Assembly: GCF_000015145.1 (NCBI RefSeq)
Contig: NC_008818.1
Location: 870,001-902,000, forward strand
Direction of reading: 5' to 3'
DNA length: 32,000 bases
Source of the DNA: Hyperthermus butylicus DSM 5456
GTDB lineage: Archaea; Thermoproteota; Thermoprotei_A; Sulfolobales; Pyrodictiaceae
Under the pieces are notes generated by a model that saw nothing but the letters and a program-made list of their open reading frames with translations, did no database searches and had not been told where the DNA came from. Both the position numbers and the translations under genes were made by a program. This document shows positions 23,563 to 32,000 of this stretch, piece after piece; the first letter of the stretch is position 1; each line of letters starts with the position of its first letter.

Positions 23563-24699
23563 TTATGGTACGTATATGTTCGGAGCTATGAGGGCTAAGG
23601 TAAAAGCTGAGACGAGAACTGTGACTGTCATGCCTAGTTTTTCACCTAGAACCCTTATGGTTACACTTCTCAATACTTGTGCACCATCAGTTACAAATAT
23701 TGGTACAGCATTAATCAATGCAAGGCCTAGATTTGCAGTCAGTGCGAGGTTAAGTACAATGTTTAGTATATAGGCGATGTATGGGCTAAATCCGAGTTCT
23801 GCAAGGCTTATAGGTACCTCTGCAAGACTTATTCCTATTCTCTCAGCGCCAACGGGTTTTGTCACGTTTACTATTTCGCCGTTCCATAGCACTATTGTCA
23901 GCGATAGTGAGACATTTTCTGGTCCTTTTCCCTGGTAGAGGGTGTGGAGAGTCTCTACGAACTCTGACAGACTTGTAGTCTCTGTTCCATTGACATATAT
24001 GGCTTTTACTAGGGTATTGGCGGGTAGGCCGCTTGCAGCTGCGGGAGATCCCGGTTCAACATCTACTATGGCTAGTGCGAAGCCACTTGCAGCTAGCGTG
24101 TTTAGCAATGCTATGAATAATAGCGCTAAGACCGTGTTTGCTAGTATGCCAGCAGAGTATATCCTCAGCTTGCTTCGGAGGTGCGCCCGGAGAAGCTGCT
24201 CTTCATCCGGCTCAACAAAGGCAGCGGGTATGAGGCCTAGTGCTACGAGAAAACCGGCAGACTTGACTTCAACACCTTCATAGCGTGCTGCTAGTGCGTG
24301 TAGAAGCTCGTGAGCTATTACGGCGAGTGAGAGGCCTGGTAATAGGTAGAGGAAGGTCTCAACGCTTATTGTTAGCCCGGGTATTATAGGGACTAATGGT
24401 GCTGTCCCGGCTGCCTCCGCGCGTGTCAGAAGTAGTATGAGCCTCCGGGCTAGAATGTAGTAGAAAAAGCCTGCAAGCAAGACAGTGGCAGCAATGCCAG
24501 CATCAAGCAAGTAGCCTACAAGCCTATAGCGTCTAAGCTTCTCAAACACCTCAAATCTGCGCGAGATCTTTATCACAACTGCTAGCGAGCTTATCGAAAC
24601 CCTATCCCCCAGTCTCCCCGCGGCAATCCTAGACGCTGCGAACGTCACTACAAGCCATACAGTAAGATATGCCGCAAGTAGCTCTACCGTGCTAGCCAA
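23563..24699 (-). CDS. Site-2 protease family membrane metalloprotease (peptidase M50) with a PDZ-like insert
   Basis: Multi-pass hydrophobic protein with HExxH ('AHELLHALAARYEG') inside a TM segment. TTG start. Confidence 0.8.
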   Translation of the reverse strand: MASTVELLAAYLTVWLVVTFAASRIAAGRLGDRVSISSLAVVIKISRRFEVFEKLRRYRLVGYLLDAGIAATVLLAGFFYYILARRLILLLTRAEAAGTAPLVPIIPGLTISVETFLYLLPGLSLAVIAHELLHALAARYEGVEVKSAGFLVALGLIPAAFVEPDEEQLLRAHLRSKLRIYSAGILANTVLALLFIALLNTLAASGFALAIVDVEPGSPAAASGLPANTLVKAIYVNGTETTSLSEFVETLHTLYQGKGPENVSLSLTIVLWNGEIVNVTKPVGAERIGISLAEVPISLAELGFSPYIAYILNIVLNLALTANLGLALINAVPIFVTDGAQVLRSVTIRVLGEKLGMTVTVLVSAFTLALIAPNIYVP

Positions 24700-24802
24700 G
24701 ACCTCACCTGCCGTAACCTGCGTAACCTCTATCAGCGGAAAATTAAGCCTACACCTAGCACTGACCTAGAGGGCTGCAATTCTGGGAGGACGCGGGGGAG
24801 GC

Positions 24803-25534
24803 ATGGTTAGGGAGAAGGTTGAGAGGAGGGGCGAGTACCGCTACGTAGTTTACGATGATGAGCATTGGAGGTTGCTAGGTCAGCTTCGTGAAGAAGCAGC
24901 CCGTATTATGAAGCCCCTCCGCGAGGCGGGGCTAGCACCAATAATCCATGGCAGTATTGCTCGGGGGGATGTACACCCGGGCAGTGATATAGATGTACTT
25001 ATACCGTCCATAGTTCCATCATACCTCGTCGAGCTTGCGCTTGAGAGAGCTGGCTTAAGACCAGCATACAAGCTCGTAGTGCAAGCTACGCCCCAAAGCA
25101 CACCGAAGGCCTACATAGTGTTAGATGTTGAAGAGAAGCGGGTAGTATCGTTTCCACTAGCAAAGCTATCCAAAACCGAGTACGAGTTCTACTATTTCGG
25201 AGGTGCGCTAAGCTACGAGGAACTCGTTGATGGTAAACGTGTGCCAGGCGTGGATAAGAGGCTTGTCCTAATAGAGCCAACTAGTGAGGGGCACCGGGAA
25301 TCTCCCGTCATGGGCAGAGAGGCTGAGGTCGCAAGAATTGTTGGTGTTAGTGTGGAAACCGTGCTTGAGCGTGTTCGGGTCCTAACACGCCGTGATGAGC
25401 TTGGTAGAACCGGGGTATTCGTCAAGGTTGAACTCGAGCCTTGGGAGTCCGTTGAGGAGGCGGTACTACGCATAGCGCGGGAAAACCCATTGTTTAGACG
25501 CGCGCTACGCGTCAAGGGATCGCCCTTGATCTAG
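24803..25534 (+). CDS. Pol-beta-superfamily nucleotidyltransferase with an uncharacterised C-terminal domain
   Basis: The minimal-NTase signature 'IIHGSIARGDVHPGSDIDVLI' (GS...[DE]xD) is followed by about 150 aa of unassigned sequence. Confidence 0.7.
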   Translation: MVREKVERRGEYRYVVYDDEHWRLLGQLREEAARIMKPLREAGLAPIIHGSIARGDVHPGSDIDVLIPSIVPSYLVELALERAGLRPAYKLVVQATPQSTPKAYIVLDVEEKRVVSFPLAKLSKTEYEFYYFGGALSYEELVDGKRVPGVDKRLVLIEPTSEGHRESPVMGREAEVARIVGVSVETVLERVRVLTRRDELGRTGVFVKVELEPWESVEEAVLRIARENPLFRRALRVKGSPLI

Positions 25535-25549
25535 GAGGGCGAAGCTGGT

Positions 25550-26599
25550 GTGGTCCCAGCTGCTCCGAGACGCGTATACCGTGTAGACGGTGTGTATGTC
25601 CTTCTGGGTGTGCTTCCAAGGGGCTGTAGGCTCTGTATAGAGGGTGCTAAGCTTGTAGTATTCGTTACCGGGCTATGCGATGAAAGGTGCTTCTACTGTC
25701 CCGTATCGAGTGCTAAGCTATACCGCGACGTTATCTACGCTGACGAGGAGCTTGTGAAGAGACTCGAGGATATAATCGACGAGGCATACTCCATAGGTGC
25801 TGATGGGGCAAGCATAACTGGTGGAGATCCGCTCGTAGTACTAGACAGGACTATGAGGGTTATAAAGACGCTAAAGACTGTGTTCGGGCCCGATTTTCAC
25901 ATACACCTCTACACAAGTGGTCGCTACGCTACAGCTGATACGCTGAGAGAGCTGGAACGTGCAGGCCTTGACGAGATAAGGTTCCACATTGTCAACTGGA
26001 GTTGGGGGCTTGAGAGGCTCCGTAGAGCCCTAGAGGTCGTTAAGCATATGGATGTTGGGGTCGAAGTGCCAGTCTTCCCAGACCGGGTTGAGGAGTTGAA
26101 AAGGCTTATACTAGAGCTTGACAAGATGGGTGTAAGCTTCGTAAACCTTAACGAACTCGAGGTCTCAGAGAGAAATATCCATGACCTCCTCCTAAGAGGT
26201 TACCGGGTATCTCCTAACAAGCCAATTGTTTATGGTAGTGAGGAGGCTGCCGTAGAGATCGTTGAGTGGGCAACCCGTATGGGTGTTAGGCTAACCGTAC
26301 ACTACTGCCCTGCAAGGTATAAGGATAGAGTTCAGATGAGGATCAGGCTTATACGTAAAGCTATAAGGCTTGCGAAACCCTATCAGAGAGTTACGCCGAG
26401 CGGCATGTTAGAGTATGCAGTGATCCCGGAGGATAGGGCTCCTAGACAGTGGGGCGAGCTTCTAGAAAGGCTAAAGGTGGGATATGCTGGTCCCGCCTCG
26501 CTGGCAGAGATGGTGCCCAGTGCAAGAATAGTGCGCGTCTACCCATCCCGTAGACTAGCCTCCCGTCTCCCCAGCGAAGTTGATAGCATAGCGGAGTAA
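25550..26599 (+). CDS. Radical SAM protein (PflA/PflX-like, uncharacterised)
   Basis: CxxxCxxC cluster 'CDERCFYC' preceded by 'CRLC'. 'ITGGDPL' is a SAM-binding GGE-like motif. GTG start 15 nt after the NTase stop. Confidence 0.8.
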   Translation: MVPAAPRRVYRVDGVYVLLGVLPRGCRLCIEGAKLVVFVTGLCDERCFYCPVSSAKLYRDVIYADEELVKRLEDIIDEAYSIGADGASITGGDPLVVLDRTMRVIKTLKTVFGPDFHIHLYTSGRYATADTLRELERAGLDEIRFHIVNWSWGLERLRRALEVVKHMDVGVEVPVFPDRVEELKRLILELDKMGVSFVNLNELEVSERNIHDLLLRGYRVSPNKPIVYGSEEAAVEIVEWATRMGVRLTVHYCPARYKDRVQMRIRLIRKAIRLAKPYQRVTPSGMLEYAVIPEDRAPRQWGELLERLKVGYAGPASLAEMVPSARIVRVYPSRRLASRLPSEVDSIAE

Positions 26600-27637
26600 T
26601 GCGATAACGCCACCTAGCGCCTTAACCTTATACCCCACGGGTGACTCAACGCTGACAAAGTGTATTTTTGCACGTGTAGCGTCTGCAAGTCTTAGCAGTT
26701 CGTCAACCCTAGCCCTAACCTCGGGATCAGGATGATGTAACGTCTCGTCAAGAATTAGCAGCTCTTCTACTGCGCCCATCTCGGCAGCCCTGTAAACCTG
26801 TTCCAACGTGTAAGCAATCCTTCCCGGCTCCTTTGCCAGCCTCCTCTCAAACTCCTCGAGTATCCTCTCAGCCTCAACAACAGCGGCATCCTGGAGCGCT
26901 TGTCTCATAATGCCACGTCTAACCTCCTCAAACACACCTGCCTCGCCGCCCATAGAAACATTGTCAACGAGTATCTTTACGCCTTGCACTAGTCCCCGCA
27001 GCTTTTCTGCGACAAGGTTCTTGACTGTGCCAGGCCCTGCCGCCACCACCAGGAGGGCATTCTCTCTTCTAGCAACATCAGCTGTAGTCTTGGCAATTAC
27101 TGTTACTGCTTCGCGGAGCTTATCCTCCCTCGTAGGATCATCTTTCCCTGGGAGATGTAAACCGCCACTAGCAAGTATCTTGACCCCTTGTCCCCGCACA
27201 ACGGCAACAGCATAGTCGTCATAGTCTACCGCTACGACTACAGCCGCCACGTTGTAGGAGCCTCGCTTGAGCTTCTCTATGAGGACTTGAGGCCAACCAC
27301 TAGGCTTTACTATGTCTAACTCACGGCCAGGCTCGATACTAAGTGTATGGTACTTACCCACTACGCCATACTTTTCCGGGCCCTCAATGACTATGCCGCG
27401 GATACGCAGCCTCGTCGTAAAGGCCTGGAACTCTACAGCCTCTACTCGCACGGTGAGAACCATTGGTATGCGGCTACTTCTACCGGATCCGCGATCCCCG
27501 AAATGTATCTCGCGCAGTGTCTTCGCGCGGACAAGATCACCTGGCTGTATAACTGTTGATAGTAGCCAGATGTCATCGGTGGTCTCTGGTACAACTCTTA
27601 CAAGGCCTCGCTTAGTGTCGACCGCTAGGATTTTCAT
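26555..27637 (-). CDS. pelA: Pelota (Dom34 homologue), mRNA surveillance/ribosome rescue factor
   Basis: 'MKILAVDTKRGLVRVVPETTDDIWLLSTVIQPGDLV' N-terminus and an eRF1-like C-terminal domain ('GAVEELLILDE', 'GGVIALLRY'). Its 3' end overlaps the radical SAM gene by 45 nt (convergent). Confidence 0.9.
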   Translation of the reverse strand: MKILAVDTKRGLVRVVPETTDDIWLLSTVIQPGDLVRAKTLREIHFGDRGSGRSSRIPMVLTVRVEAVEFQAFTTRLRIRGIVIEGPEKYGVVGKYHTLSIEPGRELDIVKPSGWPQVLIEKLKRGSYNVAAVVVAVDYDDYAVAVVRGQGVKILASGGLHLPGKDDPTREDKLREAVTVIAKTTADVARRENALLVVAAGPGTVKNLVAEKLRGLVQGVKILVDNVSMGGEAGVFEEVRRGIMRQALQDAAVVEAERILEEFERRLAKEPGRIAYTLEQVYRAAEMGAVEELLILDETLHHPDPEVRARVDELLRLADATRAKIHFVSVESPVGYKVKALGGVIALLRYAINFAGETGG

Positions 27638-27659
27638 AATGCACCCTCTACCACACGGT

Positions 27660-28154
27660 ATGGGGTATGGGGTAAATTACTCCTTGAACTGCTGCGTAAA
27701 AGTACGTCCAGTGGAGCGTCGTGAGCTGGGGCAAGTCTATGCGATAGAGCGTGAGTCGTTTGACCAGCCATATAGCTTGTGGTACCTTGAACTCCTTCTA
27801 TCCCTTAGTGGCGGTGAGTACTTCCTAGTGTCAGTAGCCAACGATGATAGTATCACGGGCTATATTGTGGCAGTGCCTATCGGTGAAAATGTTTGTCATA
27901 TAGCCTCTATAGCTGTTAAAAAGGCGTGCAGAAGGCAACGTGTTGCTACATGCTTACTACAGAGCCTCTTCGAACTATGTATTGAAGATGGTAGAAGGAT
28001 ATTCGTATTAGAAGTTGAGCATACGAATATGCCAGCTCTACGCCTCTACCGCACGAATTGCTTCCATCCTCTACGCGTAATACCGAACTACTATGGTCCT
28101 GGGAGGCATGCCCTTGTAATGCTGCGCTATGAGGCGTATAGCTTGGCTCTCTAA
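27660..28154 (+). CDS. rimI: GNAT N-acetyltransferase (RimI/Ard1-like)
   Basis: 'VRPVERRELGQVYAIERESF', 'GYIVAV...HIASIAVKKACRRQRVATCLL' (acetyl-CoA motif A, R/Q-x-x-G/A-x-A/G-like) and 'LEVEHTNMPALRLYRTNCF'. The long upstream ORF extension (from 27312) is antisense to pelota and I discard it. Candidate starts are 27639, 27660, 27684 (TTG) and 27711 (GTG). Confidence 0.8.
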   Translation: MGYGVNYSLNCCVKVRPVERRELGQVYAIERESFDQPYSLWYLELLLSLSGGEYFLVSVANDDSITGYIVAVPIGENVCHIASIAVKKACRRQRVATCLLQSLFELCIEDGRRIFVLEVEHTNMPALRLYRTNCFHPLRVIPNYYGPGRHALVMLRYEAYSLAL

Positions 28155-28172
28155 GGGTTATTAGCGAAGTAG

Positions 28173-30617
28173 GTGTACAGTATTACCGGGGACGCTATAG
28201 CCTTGGCCGAGGAGATAGAGTTTGTACTCCTAGATTCTAGCTACGAAATAGTCGGAAAGGAACCAGTAATCGTTCTTTGGGGTGTGACGCTTAGCGGTGA
28301 GCGTGTGGTTCTCCTGGATCGCAGGTTCCGACCCTACTTCTACGCGCTCATAAAGCGTGGTTTTGAAGAAAATGCAACAGCAATAGCAGCTGCTATAAGG
28401 AGGCTTAGCAAGGGTTCAAGCCCAATAATAGCTTTAGAGGTTGTAGACAAGAAGTATTTTGGTAGGCCGCGCAAGGCTGTCCGAGTAACGACTGTGATAC
28501 CCGAGAGTGTCAGAGAGTACCGAGAGGCAGTCAAGAAGATAGATGGTGTAGAGGATGCCCTTGAGGCAGATATAAGGTTTGCAATGAGATACATTATAGA
28601 CAAGAGGCTATACCCTTTCATGGTGTACCGTGTACCAGTAGAGGATGTTGGTAAGAATCCAGGTTACCGTGTAGACAAAGTATTCTACGTTACCGGTGAG
28701 CCCCAGAGGATAACAGATATAACGAGAATAGACATGCCCGATCTAAGGCTAACAGCATTCGACATAGAGGTCTACAACAAGAGTGGGAGCCCAAATCCTA
28801 ATCGAGATCCTGTCATAATAATAGCTGTTAAGAGCAGTAATGGAGACGAGAAGCTCTTTGAAGCAGACGGGTATGATGATAGGAAGGCTATCAGAGGCTT
28901 TGTGGATTACATAAAGTCCTTTGACCCAGACATAATAGTAGGCTATAACAGCAACGGGTTCGACTGGCCATACCTCATGCAGCGAGCACGCAAGGTAGGA
29001 GTTAGGCTGGATGTAACACGTCGTGTTGGTGCAGAGCCGACTACAAGCGTCTATGGTCACGTGTCGGTGCCAGGCAGGCTTAACGTAGACCTCTACCACT
29101 ACGCTGAGGAAATCCATGAGGTTAAGGTTAAGACTCTCGAGGAGGTTGCAGAATATCTTGGAGTAATGAAGAAGAGTGAACGTGTCCTCATACACTGGTG
29201 GGAGATACCGAGGTACTGGGAGGACCCGGAAAAGAGGCCAATACTAGAGCAATATGCGCGAGACGATGTAAGAGCCACCTACGGCTTGGCCGAGAAGATG
29301 CTTCCATTCGCGATACAGCTCTCAACAGTAACCGGTATACCCCTAGACCAGGTTGGAGTAATGGGTGTCGGTTTCCGGCTCGAATGGTATCTCATACGCG
29401 CAGCTTATGAAATGAATGAGCTTGTACCAAACCGTGTCGAAAGGCACGAGGAGAGCTACCGCGGCGCGGTAGTCCTTAAGCCCCTTAAGGGTGTACACGA
29501 AAATGTTGTCGTACTAGACTTTAGTTCGATGTATCCCAACATAATGATAAAATACAATGTTGGCCCTGACACTATAGTAGACGACCCGGCCGAGTGCGAA
29601 AAGTATGGAGGTTGCTACGTTGCACCGGAGGTTGGCCACCGGTTTAGGAAGCAGCCGCCAGGCTTCTTCAAGACGGTCCTGGAAAACCTGCTAAGGCTTA
29701 GGAAGCAGGTTAGAGAGAAAATGAAGGAATTACCGCCAGAGAGTCCAGAGTATAGACTTTATGATGAGAGGCAGAGGGCCCTCAAGGTATTGGCTAACGC
29801 TAGCTACGGCTACATGGGCTGGAGTGGAGCAAGGTGGTATTGTAAACGGTGCGCTGAGGCGGTAACAGCGTGGGGTCGGAGCCTCATACTCTCAGCCATA
29901 GAGTATGCTCGTAAGCTAGGCCTCAAGGTCATATATGGTGATACAGACTCCCTATTCGTAACATATGACCCCGAGAAGGTTAAGAAGCTGATAGACTATG
30001 TGGTGAATGTGTTGGGCTTTGAGATAAAGATAGACAAGATATACCGTCGAGTATTCTTCACAGAGGCGAAGAAGAGGTATGTAGGTCTACTGGAGGACGG
30101 AAGGATAGACATAGTAGGCTTTGAGGCTGTGCGTGGTGATTGGTGTGAGTTAGCCAAGGAGGTTCAGTCAACAGTAGCAGAGATTGTGCTGAAAACAGGC
30201 AAGATTGACGAAGCTATACGCTATATACGCGACGTGATAAAGAAGCTTAGGGAGGGCGAGATACCGGTCGAGAAGCTGATAATATGGAAGACGTTATCCA
30301 AGAGGCTGGAAGAGTACGAACACGAGGCGCCTCATGTAGTTGCTGCGAGGAGGATGAAGGAGGCTGGGTACGATGTCTCACCTGGCGACAAGATAGGCTA
30401 CGTAATAGTACGTGGCGCGGGCAGAATATCGAGCAGAGCATACCCCTACTTCATGGTGAAGCCTTCGGACATAGATGTAGATTACTACATAGACCACCAG
30501 ATAGTACCTGCCGTATTGAGAATCCTCAGCTACTTTGGCGTAACAGAGAAGCAGCTCAAAGCAGCATCAACGGGGCACCGGACGCTGTTCGACTTCATGC
30601 GGGGTAAGCGTGGCTAG
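28173..30617 (+). CDS. polB: Family B DNA polymerase
   Basis: Exo I 'FDIEV', Exo II 'YNSNGFDWPYL', motif A 'DFSSMYPNIMI', motif B 'KVLANASYGYMG' and motif C 'YGDTDS'. 814 aa with a GTG start and no intein. Confidence 0.9.
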   Translation: MYSITGDAIALAEEIEFVLLDSSYEIVGKEPVIVLWGVTLSGERVVLLDRRFRPYFYALIKRGFEENATAIAAAIRRLSKGSSPIIALEVVDKKYFGRPRKAVRVTTVIPESVREYREAVKKIDGVEDALEADIRFAMRYIIDKRLYPFMVYRVPVEDVGKNPGYRVDKVFYVTGEPQRITDITRIDMPDLRLTAFDIEVYNKSGSPNPNRDPVIIIAVKSSNGDEKLFEADGYDDRKAIRGFVDYIKSFDPDIIVGYNSNGFDWPYLMQRARKVGVRLDVTRRVGAEPTTSVYGHVSVPGRLNVDLYHYAEEIHEVKVKTLEEVAEYLGVMKKSERVLIHWWEIPRYWEDPEKRPILEQYARDDVRATYGLAEKMLPFAIQLSTVTGIPLDQVGVMGVGFRLEWYLIRAAYEMNELVPNRVERHEESYRGAVVLKPLKGVHENVVVLDFSSMYPNIMIKYNVGPDTIVDDPAECEKYGGCYVAPEVGHRFRKQPPGFFKTVLENLLRLRKQVREKMKELPPESPEYRLYDERQRALKVLANASYGYMGWSGARWYCKRCAEAVTAWGRSLILSAIEYARKLGLKVIYGDTDSLFVTYDPEKVKKLIDYVVNVLGFEIKIDKIYRRVFFTEAKKRYVGLLEDGRIDIVGFEAVRGDWCELAKEVQSTVAEIVLKTGKIDEAIRYIRDVIKKLREGEIPVEKLIIWKTLSKRLEEYEHEAPHVVAARRMKEAGYDVSPGDKIGYVIVRGAGRISSRAYPYFMVKPSDIDVDYYIDHQIVPAVLRILSYFGVTEKQLKAASTGHRTLFDFMRGKRG

Positions 30618-30698
30618 CCGTTAGGTAGAATAGGCCGGAAACGCTGGTAGCTCCATACGTATAGGCTGGGAATGAAGCAGTACAGCAGGGTGTAGGCG

Positions 30699-31538
30699 TT
30701 GATACTAGCATCGTGGCGTACACTAGCATGGATTATAAGACGTGCCGACGTAGTGTTAGAGGTTGTGGATGCGAGAGACCCCATTTCAACGCGGAGTAGG
30801 CGACTCGAGAGAATGGTGAATAGCCTCGGCAGGAAACTGATAATAGTCATAAACAAGGCTGACCTAGTGCCCCGTGATGTCGCCGAGAAGTGGAAGAGAA
30901 TATTCGAGGATCAGGGGTACCGGACGGTCTATATCGCGGCTAGGGAGCACAAGGGTACACGCATATTGCGCAAAACAATAAGAGAGGTTGCCGACACGTC
31001 ACCGATAATAGTTGCTGTAACAGGATTCCCAAAGACTGGCAAATCAACAATTATTAATGCTCTCAAGGGGCGACACAGCGCTCCTACAAGCCCTATACCC
31101 GGCAGTCCTGGGTACACCACGCACTCGCAGCTCTACAGGATAGGCGAAAACCTCTACATGATAGACACGCCAGGCGTCATACCTGTTGAGGGTGGGCCCC
31201 TAGAAGCGGTTATACGTGGCAGGCCTCCGGAGGAGCTGAAGGATCCAGTAAAGCCTGCAATGATGCTCCTCGAGAAGGCTCTTCGCTATAACCCTCTCGC
31301 AGTTAAGCAGGCCTATGGGATAGATGAGACAGACCCGTATAGGATACTTGAGTTGATAGCAATAAAGCGTGGTTGGAGATACAAGAGAGACGGTGAACCT
31401 CTAGTAGAGGAAGCGGCACGCACAGTGATAAGAGATTATCACCGTGGAAAACTCCTCTTCTACGTGCCGCCCGAAGAATACCTCCGCGGCAGGCTTAACC
31501 AGCGACTACGCAAAACTACTGGTGGAGAGTGGCTCTAA
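30699..31538 (+). CDS. Circularly permuted ribosome-biogenesis GTPase (YlqF/RbgA/Nog2-like)
   Basis: Permuted motif order: G4 'NKADL', then G1 'GFPKTGKST', then G3 'DTPG'. N-terminal 'ADVVLEVVDARDP'. TTG start. Confidence 0.8.
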   Translation: MILASWRTLAWIIRRADVVLEVVDARDPISTRSRRLERMVNSLGRKLIIVINKADLVPRDVAEKWKRIFEDQGYRTVYIAAREHKGTRILRKTIREVADTSPIIVAVTGFPKTGKSTIINALKGRHSAPTSPIPGSPGYTTHSQLYRIGENLYMIDTPGVIPVEGGPLEAVIRGRPPEELKDPVKPAMMLLEKALRYNPLAVKQAYGIDETDPYRILELIAIKRGWRYKRDGEPLVEEAARTVIRDYHRGKLLFYVPPEEYLRGRLNQRLRKTTGGEWL

Positions 31539-31586
31539 AATTGGTTCCCAACACCTTTCCTTGGATGGCTCACCGAATAGTGCTGG

Positions 31587-32000
31587 GTGCAACTGGTCTT
31601 GCACAGCTACGTAGTCGTAACTGGCCGCCCCGGCGTTGGTAAAACTACGCTCTTCTGGAAGGTTGTACGGAAACTCATGGATGAAGGTGTGGTTGTCAAA
31701 GGATTCTATTGCCCAGAGGTTCGTGGCCAGCAAGGCTACAGGATTGGCTTCAAGATAGTATTGCTGGATGGTAGTGGCGAAGCCTGGCTAGCTAGGAGAG
31801 AGGGTTGCAATGGGCCAAGGGTGGGGAGATATTACACCTGCCCTGAAGCCGAGACCATAGCATCCAGGGTGCTGGGAGAACTAGGCAAGGCAGACCTCAT
31901 AGCTATAGACGAGATTGGCCCCATGGAGCTAAGGCTTGCCGGCGTACGCAGAACAATATATCGCGTCCTTGACAGCGGCAAACCGGGCCTCTTTGTGGTT
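31587..32000 (+). CDS. Nucleoside-triphosphatase THEP1 family (partial; runs off the right window edge)
   Basis: Absent from the ORF track because it is open at the edge. Translation gives '...VVVTGRPGVGKTTLFWKVVRKLMDEGVVVKGFYCPEVRGQQGYRIGFKIVLLDG...RVGRYYT...DLIAIDEIGPMEL'. This matches the THEP1 Walker A/B pattern. The start is GTG 31587 or TTG 31599. Confidence 0.8.
   Translation, partial: MQLVLHSYVVVTGRPGVGKTTLFWKVVRKLMDEGVVVKGFYCPEVRGQQGYRIGFKIVLLDGSGEAWLARREGCNGPRVGRYYTCPEAETIASRVLGELGKADLIAIDEIGPMELRLAGVRRTIYRVLDSGKPGLFVV

Noticed and set aside
1-32000. Search for CRISPR arrays, tRNA genes, IS elements, integrases and toxin-antitoxin or other defence modules.
   Set aside because: I found no regularly spaced direct repeats, no cloverleaf-compatible sequences in any spacer, and no transposase, integrase or defence-family motifs in any ORF translation.

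Overview
Gene-dense chromosomal segment (about 35 genes) that looks like a hyperthermophilic crenarchaeon. Evidence: Cren7 chromatin protein, archaeal DnaG, family-B DNA polymerase, Pelota, GHMP mevalonate kinase, many GTG/TTG starts, and TATA boxes about 27 nt upstream of near-leaderless starts. From memory, not a search, the Cren7 and 5S sequences resemble Desulfurococcales/Pyrodictiaceae (Hyperthermus/Pyrolobus-like).

The content is overwhelmingly housekeeping:
- Translation: ValRS, PheRS alpha and beta, TyrRS, L35Ae, Met-aminopeptidase, Pelota, RimI-like GNAT, a circularly permuted GTPase, and a stand-alone 5S rRNA.
- Replication: PolB, DnaG.
- Metabolism: PPase, FolE, class III aminotransferase, mevalonate kinase, NUDIX and HD hydrolases.
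- About 8 uncharacterised ORFs.

I found no tRNA, CRISPR array, integrase/transposase or recognisable defence genes, and I cannot support a novel multi-gene system.

The signals not explained by ordinary CDS annotation are:
1. Two C/D-box sRNA candidates (11444-11506 and 13839-13908).
2. A GC-rich, strongly structured ~200-nt spacer of unknown RNA class (11510-11715).
3. A 1.5-kb ORF-poor, AT-shifted stretch with one orphan ORF, next to the 5S gene (12310-13838).
4. A conserved membrane-protein gene split by a +1 frameshift at a homopolymer (14555-15716).
5. An unusually long, two-part cren7-valS spacer (8448-8949).
6. Non-canonical class-I signature motifs in ValRS and TyrRS.
7. A degenerate GHMP-like ORF just downstream of mevalonate kinase.

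All family assignments rest on motifs read by eye from the translations.
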